Assembly (NCBI GenBank): GCA_951406725.2
Contig: OX597826.1
Location: forward strand, 82,026,001-82,090,000
Direction of reading: 5' to 3'
DNA from: Octopus vulgaris
Lineage: Eukaryota
DNA length: 64,000 nt
A model generated the notes under the pieces. The model ran no database searches and had not been told where the DNA came from. It was given only the letters and a program-made list of their open reading frames with translations. This document shows, in pieces, positions 53,933-64,000 of the stretch; within the stretch, counting starts at the first letter, position 1, and every line of letters starts with the position of its first letter. A program made the position numbers and the translations under genes.

Positions 53933-55259
53933 ACGGCCCCGCCCTCGCGCATGTCTGTGTGTATATTCTGATCGATAATTATTTCGTTTCTTTTTAAAAG
54001 CATATCTGGTTTGAGACTTGCTAGATATGTGCCATTGCTGTTGGTGTTGTCGTTGCTGGACATAAGGTCAACTCTGATCCAGTAACCCACTACTTAAATG
54101 GTGGCCATATGACTTGTAAAACGGTAGAATGTAATTTCAGGGATGTTTAGCTATTATTTCTAGTACGTCGAGTGATCGCATGGAAAGTCTTTCCACTTCT
54201 CCTCTGCACATGGCGGAATGTTTGTTTCGAGCGCATGTTTCATGTTTCAGAATGTGTCGACATTTTAATAACAACAGATGCGTTGAAAACTGGGTATATG
54301 GATTTTTTTAGCAAAAGCAAGTTTTGTTTCGTGCGCGCGTGTTAGGTATACACAAACACATATACATACGTGTAAGCACACAGACACCCCGATACACACA
54401 TATGTGTATGCGAGTGTGTGTGTTGGGAGAGGAGGGGTTGTGGAAAATAGAGAAAGAAAGTGAAAGAGAAAGAATGAGGAATGTGTGTAGACAAGAGAGG
54501 CTGATTGAACGTGTGTGCCGGTGGTTATTGTGAACTTATCGAATGTAACAGCAATCTGCACCCCCGCCACCGCCCAGCCCCCTCCACCCTGGACCCGGTG
54601 TTGACGCAACCACAACTGTACTATGTCTACTGCTCCTACTCTATCAGTCTATCTGACTTATCAAAAGTGTTTGTCATTTAAACAAATCTTTGAACTGACG
54701 ATGGAAGATGGCTACAACGATACGTTTGCCAAGAGAGAACTCTGCGCCAGCATCTGATAACTCTTTCCTTTTCTCTCTATCAAACACTTTCTAACTCACA
54801 ACCTCTCTCTCTCTCCCTCTCTCTCCTTCTCTCTCTCCCCCCTCTCTCTCATTCGCTTTGCTTTGCGATCTTGCTCTCTCATTATCACTGGTTCTTTTCC
54901 TCATCGTTCACCACTCTCTCCTCTTCCCACTTCTTCACTTTCTCTCGCACTAAACCCATCTATCTATCTATCTATCTATCTACCTGTCTGTATGTCTTCC
55001 TCTCTCTCTCCCCCTCTCTCTCTCTCTCTCTATGTTTTGTCAGTCTCTCTCTCTCTCACGCACACACATTTTCAGATGTAGGCTAAGATGAACATGTTCG
55101 GGTTATCTCCAAAACGTAATCTTCTGCATTATTTCCCCGCTCCTTTATTTCTCCCCCCCACCACCACCATCCTCGTCACCTACTGACAATATTTAAACTA
55201 AATGATATATGGTGGTTGTTGGTCTTCTCCGTTCTTGTTGCTACGGCTGTCTTTAATGG

Positions 55260-55310
<51 letters not shown>

Positions 55311-55581
55311 GTTGTTCCCGATCACATTGATTTTGAGATTTGGTAGCGGTGGCAGAGGTGTTGGTAAGCGTGCGGCGGGTTTCCTCATGATGTTAATAGC
55401 GACTGTGATTATGATAATGTCGGTAATACTGGAACTTTGCTGGCGAGGGTCGTGTTTGGCGCTTTAACTCGTAACGCTACTGTGTTGTTACAAATACGTA
55501 CACATAGACATGTGTGTGTGTGTACGTACAAACGCACATACAAGCAGACGTGTGTACGTGTGTATATATATACACATACAT

Positions 55582-55666
<85 letters not shown>

Positions 55667-55702
55667 TAGATAGATAGATAGGTAGATAGGTAGATATATT
55701 GG

Positions 55703-55749
<47 letters not shown>

Positions 55750-55786
55750 GTAGGTAGGTAGAAAGGTAGGTAGGTAGGTAGGTAGG

Positions 55787-55847
<61 letters not shown>

Positions 55848-55912
55848 GGATGGATGGATGGATGGATGGATGGATGGATGGATGGATGGATGGATGGATG
55901 GATGGATGGATG

Positions 55913-55992
<80 letters not shown>
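55582..55992. repeat. compound tetranucleotide array (GACA)n-(GATA)n-(GGTA)n-(GATA)n-(GGAT)n-(GATA)n
   Basis: Direct reading; ~410 bp, largely in one 4-bp register. Confidence 0.95.
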
Positions 55993-56188
55993 CCACGCAC
56001 ATTAGTCACTCTTAATCTACGTTCACCTGCATAACTTCATCCTGAAGATGAGTCAATGAACACCTGGGAACGACGTTGATGATGAATTGAAGAACTCGAC
56101 TGCTCCGAACAAACTGCAAGGAAACGAATTGGCAGTTGCGTTGTCAATGCAGTTCTCAATGAAGATGACTTTGCTGAGTGAGGGGGAC

Positions 56189-56241
<53 letters not shown>

Positions 56242-56489
56242 TACTGGGAAGGAATAAGTCTTATATCTGAGAAAGGAGAGAAGAAGGAATCAAAACTTGC
56301 TGGTTCTAAGTGTAAAACGATGTTCTTGAGATGTCATCGAGTCACTTCTTTATCGTCGCAGATTTATTCATATTTCACTTCTTAGAAGTGTATCGTCTCG
56401 AAGACAAATACACACTCTACACAGGGATCAATCTATATATATATATGTCTCTGGGAACACACTTAGACACACACATACCCATTTATACA

Positions 56490-56951
56490 TAAATGTATAC
56501 ATATACGTAAATACATACATACATATATATATATATACACATACATACATATATATATATATTATATATATACATACATATATATATATATTATATATAC
56601 ACATACATACATACATACATATATATATACACATACATACATACATATATATATACACATACATACATACATATATATATACACATACATACATATATAT
56701 ATATACACATACATACATATATATACACATACATACATATATATATACACATACATACATATATATATACACATACATACATATATACACATACATACAT
56801 ATATATACACATACATACATACATATATATACACATACATACATACATATATATACACATACATACATACATATATATACACATACATACATACATATAT
56901 ATACACATACATACATACATATATATACACATACATACATACATATATATA

Positions 56952-56987
<36 letters not shown>

Positions 56988-57010
56988 TATATATATGCAC
57001 ACACACACAT
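56490..57010. repeat. microsatellite-derived minisatellite, ~20-26-bp unit atatatatacacatacatacatac
   Basis: About 20 higher-order units. It produces the YICMYVCV ORFs. Confidence 0.9.
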
Positions 57011-57089
57011 TTATACAGATATACGTAAACATACATTCTTATATGTATGCAAATGTATGTCCGTGCGTGTGTAGGTGTGTTGATGTGAC

Positions 57090-57415
57090 AACGATAAAGG
57101 TTTTGTTTTTACTAGAACAAGTCACACCACACAACGAGGAATGGTGCTTTTGACGGTGCGCCAGCGTATTCTACTTGGAAGCCAATACCTATTGGAACAG
57201 AATCCGTTGTGCACGCAGGATTAGTGAAAACAGCATGGCTATTAATGTCGTCTGCATCGCTATCAAATTACCACAAATACGTGAGAGAGAGTAATCCATC
57301 GTTAAACAATAAGATTCTCTCGAAGATGATATCAATGTAAAGCGATTCCTTTAAGTATTCACGTGAGATCGGATTAAGCTTTTCGTACGAGTTGGAATTA
57401 TAGCACCACTTAATT
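57090..57415 (+). mobile_element. Tc1/mariner-superfamily transposase C-terminal relic
   Basis: FDGAPAYST (compare QDGAPAHT), AWLLMSSASLSNY (compare WPPxSPDLNPLDY), KDSLEDDI and FRTS, in the expected order. Confidence 0.4.
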
Positions 57416-57431
57416 GCTACCTTTATAGGCT

Positions 57432-57700
57432 GAGTGTGTGTGTGAGTGTATGTGTGTGTATCGGTGTGCGTATGTATATATATAAATATATATATGTGTG
57501 TGTGTGTGAGAATGTATGTGTGTGTATCGGTGTGCGTATGTATATATATAAATATATATATGTGTGTGTGTGTGTGAGAATGTATGTGTGTGTATCGGTG
57601 TGCGTGTGCGTATGTATATAAATATATATATGTGTGTGTGTGTGTGAGAATGTATGTGTGTGTATCGGTGTGCGTATGTATATATATAAATATATATATA
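57432..57700. repeat. ~60-70-bp minisatellite, 4 units
   Basis: The unit gagaatgtatgtgtgtgtatcggtgtgcgtatgtatatatataaatatatatatgtgtgtgtgtgt is repeated. Confidence 0.9.
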
Positions 57701-58519
57701 TGTGTGTGTGTGTATGTGTGTGTGTGTGTGCGTACGTATATATGTGTGTGTGTGAGTATGTGTATGTGTGTACGATTGTGTCTGTGTGTATGTACGGGAG
57801 TGCGTGTGTGTATATGTGTGTCTAAGTGCGCACGCGTGTGTATGCGTGTGTGTGTATATGTGTGTGTATGTGTGCGTGTGTGTGTAATTACCTATTTGCT
57901 GAGAAGACAAGAGTTAGTCAAGAGGTCAGAGTTCGTGCCAACGTTCGTATGGAACTGGTGATTAGAGAATAAAAAGAGGGAGGCTGCTTATTATGGTCTT
58001 TGAAATGAAGGCTCTGTATTAGCTGTGAGACACAACGTTCATGTTGTGTGGTTACTGTTCTCTGTGAACAGTAGATGGGCGAGTCGAGTGTTGGAAACGA
58101 AGGAAGATGAAAAGAAAATTCAAAGAAATCGCCATACTTTTATGAAATCACGGTCTTTATGTAACAAACAACCAGGCTGGTACACAATCATCTATACTCT
58201 TACGTGTGTGTATATATATATGAATGTTTATACTCCTATACATACATGACATATCCATTGAAATATACGTGTACACACGCGTGTACACAAGTCCGCTCGC
58301 TCATACACGCTCTATAATCATACATACATTCAAAACAACGGTTGTGCTCCAGCGTGTGGCTACATATATATTCCTTAGATAGATAGACTGATAGATAGAA
58401 ATACAGGCAGACAGACAGGCAGATAGACTGATTGATTGAATGATTGATTGGTTGAATGATAAAAATCGCATAACTGACACGAATAAGATTATGAGGCGAA
58501 GACGAGACGAACAACAATA

Positions 58520-59060
58520 CACGGAATCAGGACAGGGTCCTACCGAAGACAGGTCCACTCTTCTGGTCATTTCTGCCACTCTCAACCACATTTTAGCAAA
58601 GTAACTCGAAAGCTACAATTCTCTCCTCACCTTCTTCTTTCTCTCCAAGTAGAACTTGGACAAATCGATAATCTGTCGAATCTCCTCGACCTTGTTCATC
58701 ACGAAATTCTTAACTGCAGACATGAAGATAAGTGAAACACATCCCTTCAAGAAGTACGAAAGAACAGAAACCACATTTTTTTTATTTTTTGATGGAAACA
58801 GACAAGGGTCACAACAGTCTGGGGGCAATATTTTACTCAGAGTTGAATGCATTCTCCATAACTTCCAGACATGTCAGAGATAGTTTCACTTCGGTAAATT
58901 TCTTAGCAGTACAGACCTCTCTTATCAGAACCGCTTCTAATGCCACAGTCTAAAGAACCGGTAAAGAACTTTAGTAGGACCATTGCTTCAGTGACCCACA
59001 ATGCTAACCAGCAAAAACTTGCCTCTCCAGGCACTGAGCTACAAGACCATTGATTTTTCC
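58520..59060 (-). mobile_element. L1/Tx1-like LINE C-terminal relic
   Basis: Ends ...KFYLERKKKVRREL*LSSYFAKMWLRVAEM, resembling the Tx1-type C-terminus FxxHLKRKVRVERExLSxxxFxKRWxxVAxM. Confidence 0.45.
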
Positions 59061-59514
59061 TGTTTAATGTGTGCTTCCTGTATTCCTGCTATGAAATGTC
59101 TTCCGACCATTCCATTTTCGTATTGTCTAATAGTATGGCGATAATAACAGTCTTTTCCATCATTGGCAGATGACCAGAACTTTGAAGTAAAGTTCTAATC
59201 AATTTAATGAACTCTAGCACACGGCTGGTGCTTTTTTTCGACGAACACCTGAGGAACACGTGGCTAGCCGCAAATGAGTTGCAACTTAAAATATAAAGAG
59301 TCGAACAAAGCACCACAAGGTGGCGCTGCAATGTTCTTGTAGATACTAACCATGATCGGAATTATCTCTTCTTTACCATTTCCAACAAGAGTATAATCAT
59401 TCATACAAGGAAAATGTGGGTGCTATAAAATATGTGCAATAAACGAAACAAAAGACAAAGTTATATAAAAAGAGGAAGAGGGCAGAAAGGTAAGAAAATA
59501 TAACCAACATACTA

Positions 59515-59568
<54 letters not shown>

Positions 59569-59689
59569 ATATGTGTGTATGTATGTGTTTTTATAAGTAA
59601 GTAGATACACACACACATACACTGAAATGTATGTATGCATATACATACAAGCAGTTACATATTCTACATCTGTTAGAACCTGAGGGCAT

Positions 59690-60230
59690 ATTTCGAGAAA
59701 AGTAACAATGCACTCTCGATGCTGAAGAGTAGTTTTGATCATCAAAAACGATTTTTCTCCGTATGATCTTTAAATGCTATCACCGGCAGAGCAATTTCAC
59801 TCGAAACATAAGCAGCACAAGTGGTTTCTCTAATAGAATTCATTCATTCTACATCTACTTTAGGCACACTTAACTCTGCTTTTCGTATAGCATCGGTCTG
59901 CCTTATTAGCTGCCAACATGCCAACGTTTCAGCTTTGTTCGCTGCGTGGAAATGTTGACATGTTGATGCAGAAACGGACATCTCAGCTTTTTTTTTTCTA
60001 CATATGATATTTGAACATTTTCGCCTACATCGACAGTTCTAATTTGACTGTTGGAAAATAAACTTTAGAGGCCCGAGAGGTCACAAATTTTGTAATCATT
60101 TTCATTGCGCAGTCTCGGGGTTGTACCACTGAAACCGTTTTATGTTATGCAGGCAGTCTTCTGAAGAAATAAGAACAAAAGTAAAATGGTCTTCATCCTA
60201 AAGCAAGAAAGGCACCTTCACAATGTGTAA
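59690..60230 (-). mobile_element. pogo/Tigger-like transposase relic
   Basis: Minus strand KRFQWYNPE..KFVTSRA (compare RFxxRHPELSxRxPExLxxxRA), then TTCAAYVSSEIALPVIAFKD (compare TVLxCxSASGxxLPPxIIFKG). Confidence 0.4.
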
Positions 60231-60454
60231 TTTCTTTTAAATGTTAACTCACCGCCTTAGAAATGGATAAATATATAGAATATATGTAGAATATCGGTGT
60301 ACATGATGACTGAAAGAAAAAGACGAACCAAAGTGACTTTGTAAAATCTATGTTTTGATGTAAGAGAGTTGTATACACCAACGGCACCAAATAGTTTTTA
60401 GAGTCGTTTTTGATGAACGGGGATATTGAGCGTTCATCAAATGACGTCATGAAA

Positions 60455-61255
60455 ATATGTGACTTACCTATTTCCAATTTATGCAGACGACACTGCTCTA
60501 CTTGGCGAGACAGAAGCCGGACTACAAGAAATGATAAACAGGATCGAGAGGAAGCAAGTACGCATGACCTCAACCATGATAGAACAAAAGTCATGAGAGT
60601 AGGAAAAGAGAAAATGAATGGGAACACCAAACTGAGCAGCGACAGACTCGAACAGCTTGCTTTGTACAAATATCTTGGAGCCTAAATCTCTACTGAATCT
60701 AGATCTCTACTGAAACAAAGAAATTAGAACACGACTAGCCATGCAAAGAACGCCCATGACAAAGTTTAGTGGAATCTGGAGTAGCAAAACTGTGCCACGT
60801 AAGTTAACAAAACCAGTAGGAGTGTTCGTTTGGCCAATGGGCGTTTATGGTTGCTAAGCGTGGACTCTGAACAAATTTCAAGAGAATATAATCAATGCAT
60901 TTTGGACGTTCATAGGAAAATGACATAAGTCTCTTAAAAGACCACCAGACAAATGAATGGATATTACAACAAACAGGTGAAAGATGATAACCCCTGAACA
61001 TTGTGAAAAAAGCAAAAACTCACCTATTATGACTATATAGTAGAGGTTTGGAAAAACAGTATCATGGAGGGAAGAATAGACGGTAATGGGTCAAGAAGCA
61101 GGCAGAGAGCGCAATGGATGGTCAGTATGACGAGATGGTTGGACAAGAGAGGAGATGTAGCTGGGGGACCCGCGTTTAATCGGGAAAGCTTTTGTTGCAG
61201 TGTCCTCAATACGCTACAGGAGTTCGATACACAACGACGACCAAGTGAAATAGTC
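60455..61255 (+). mobile_element. RTE (BovB-like) LINE, RT C-terminal half and 3' end, decayed
   Basis: ISNL/YADDTALL (frameshift), LNHDRTKVMRVG, YKYLGA, EIRTRLAM, TNEWILQQ, KLTYY, IMEGRIDG..SRSRQRAQW. Confidence 0.85.
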
Positions 61256-61333
61256 TTGGTTATTAAAATGTGAGCAACTCTTTTTTTTTTCCAATAAGGA
61301 TAATACATTATCGCTATGATATATATATATATA

Positions 61334-61720
61334 TCTTTTACTTATTTCAGTCATTTGACTGCGGCCATGCTGGAGCACCGCCTTTAATCGAGCAACTCGA
61401 CCCCGGGACTTATTCTTTTGTAAGCCTAGTACTTATTCTATCGGTCTATTTTGCCGAACCGCTAAGTAACGGGGACATAAACACACCAGCATCGATAGTC
61501 AAGCAATGCTAGGGGGACAAACACAGACAAACAAACACACACACGCATATATATATACGACGGGCTTCTTTCAGTTTCCGACTACCAAATCCACTCACAA
61601 GGCTTTGGTCGGCCCGAGGCTATAGCAGAAGACACTTGCCCAAGGTGCCACGCAGTGGGACTGAACCCGGAACCATGTAGTTGGTTAGCAAGCTACTTAC
61701 CACACAGCCACTCCTGCGCC
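61334..61720 (-). mobile_element. SINE family A, full length, young-looking
   Basis: The reverse complement starts ggcgcaggagtggctgtgtggtaagtagc. gatatatatatat lies on both sides (TSD-like). Confidence 0.93.
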
Positions 61721-62462
61721 GATATATATATATCAGATATACCCAGATGATACAGTGTGGACACTAGTGACGTCAAATGAGCGTCGGTTACATTAGAGAA
61801 AGTATAATGGCGTCAAGTAGAGCTTTCCCATTTACATAAAATGGACTTATTGATTTATGGTCTCGACTTGTATAAATATATTGTAATATATCAGGAACTT
61901 TGTATAAAATACACTGTAAATAGTTTCGTTCACATGTGATCTCTGTCTTACTTGACGATATCATTTAGTCTGGAGGCAATATATTCTTAAGGTTTAAATT
62001 CCCTTCAATATAAATTTGTAGACTCAGCATAAACGTCTTCTTTTTCCGTTTGGCTATTTTTCTCTAAACTCGATTGATCTTTAAGCCATGTCATGTAATC
62101 TCTATCAGCAAAGAACTCCAACGCCGCTCTGTGCGAAAAGACAGCCAACGACTCTGTTTGCTTTCAGACAAATCAAACTTGTGGGAAGTTTCTGTCAGTA
62201 TCTTTGTCGCAATTTTGTTTTAACAATCACGACACGTAAACGTGCGATAACTCCTGATAAAATCTGCAGTAATTAATAATATGAATAATGATGATGATGA
62301 TGATGATATATAGATATTTGGTTTTATAGTCAGAGTAACTCTTTTCCAAACCTTGCAATGAAGACGTCCAAAGGCAGAGCCGGCTTTTGCTATCCTTGGG
62401 TCACTTCATCAACGTGAATACACTTTGAGAGTGTACTTCCAAGGTAGGTGGGAGATTATGTG

Positions 62463-62540
<78 letters not shown>

Positions 62541-62887
62541 TTGTTTGTGTGCGTGCGTGTGTGAATGTGTGTATCTTTCTTTCTGTCTGTGAGTCTGATT
62601 CTTTACGCATGTCATTAAAGGCCCTTATATATTCATATGCATAAAAGTAGAAGTTGTTTGTATTTGTGAGAAATACCCGAGTCGATTCTACATGCTTCTT
62701 TGTTCTTGTTTAATACGTGGCGACCCCAGCGCCCTCTTGGTGGAAAACAAAACAAAAATGAACGCTCAGTGAAAAGCTTATCAGATATTAATCAACGTTT
62801 TTATCATAACAGCAGAACGTCATGGAAAAACGGTTTATCATTATCGGGAGTGGCATCATTTCCTATAGTCATTGCGAAAATAACAAC

Positions 62888-62888
<1 letters not shown>

Positions 62889-62936
<48 letters not shown>

Positions 62937-63025
62937 TATTATTATTATTATTATTGTTATTATTATTATTATTATCATTATTATTATTATTAGTTGTAGT
63001 AGTAGTAGTTGTAGTAGTAGTAGTA
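62889..63025. repeat. (AAT)n-(ATT)n fold-back trinucleotide tract followed by (AGT)n
   Basis: The tract switches from aat to tat/att near 62936, so it is self-complementary. Confidence 0.9.
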
Positions 63026-63646
63026 CTAGTAGAGGTAGTATGAATATTAAAATATAAATTAGATTGAACTCAATGACTATTGTGAAGATGCGCTCATAAT
63101 TAATGAAATAATATACATCATTGTGTGTTTGTGTGTGTAATTGCACAATACAATAATAGCACCGAACATATATATATATATATATATATATATGTGCGTG
63201 TGTGTGTATGTATATATATCTATACATACATAGACGTGTGTGTATGTATTATTGGAACTGTGTGTTCTCTATTATTTAAGTTTCTTTTTCCATAATTTCT
63301 AAGAAGTTATTTCCATTTTATCCGGAAGACTGAAGCTCTAATTATGCTGCATCTCATTCTGTCTCCTTCCTCACTTTCATAGTCTTAATGAAGTGAAGCT
63401 GGCGGCTGTTGACATCGGTTTTATGCAGGTAGGAATGAAGGAATCGGTGGAAATATCTCGCACTTTGCCCAGTCTGGATCCACGTTTCCAAGTGTCGTCG
63501 TGTTTGTGATCCTTCCTTACCGATTGTTCAGACACGTAAACTCGTATTTTAAGTAAGGGGTCTCTTTCCGTATGCCCGCCACTCTGTCCCCATCTCTCAA
63601 TCTTTTACATATGCACTCTCATACACACAGATAGATACATAGATGA

Positions 63647-63703
<57 letters not shown>

Positions 63704-64000
63704 AGAGAGAGAGAAAGAAGAGAGAGAAAGAAGAGAGAGAGAAAGAAGTGAGAGAGAAAGAAGCGAGAGAGAAAGAAGAGAGAGAGAGAGAGAGTGTGTG
63801 TGTGTGTCTGTATGTGTGTGTCTGTATGTGTGTGTCTGTATGTGTGTGTCTGTATGTGTCTGTATGTGTGTGTGTGTGTGTGTGTACCGGTGCCATCAAT
63901 ACGGCCAGTGAATATGTTTATCTCGCTTAAATATATTCACCGTGATAATAATTGGGGAAAAATGAAACCTGCGTTCACTTTTAAGCGCAGATATTTCAAT

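Noticed and set aside
56035-56105. cctgaagatgagt...actcgact as a hammerhead
   Set aside because: It has CUGAAGA and a possible stem II, but GACU replaces GAAA and there is no stem III or cleavage triplet.
56490-57700. CRISPR-like array
   Set aside because: These are tandem units without unique spacers, in a eukaryotic context with no cas genes.

Overview
AT-rich eukaryotic non-coding DNA, intergenic or deep intronic. It is packed with microsatellites ((TA)n, (CA)n, (GA)n, (AAT)n, (GATA)n), tRNA-derived SINEs of at least four families, and decayed transposon relics: REL-type R4/Dong-like, CR1-like, RTE-like, L1/Tx1-like and Penelope-like retroelements, plus mariner, pogo-like and Helentron/HINE-like DNA elements. 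The SINE families and repeat landscape look like an octopod cephalopod (Octopus) genome; this is inferred from recalled repeat sequences, not from a search. No intact host gene can be supported, and almost all supplied ORFs are microsatellite read-throughs. The most striking feature is a ~440-bp near-perfect palindrome (9588-10029) between two (TA)n tracts. Each arm carries a complete type I hammerhead ribozyme with a palindromic, dimer-type stem III, consistent with an inverted pair of Penelope-like element termini. Other observations include a second, degenerate minimal hammerhead, inverted SINE pairs that could form long dsRNA, SINE tail swapping, a HINE/LINE chimera, and a few candidate cis-regulatory clusters and exons. 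All protein-motif assignments were made by eye against remembered family consensus sequences.
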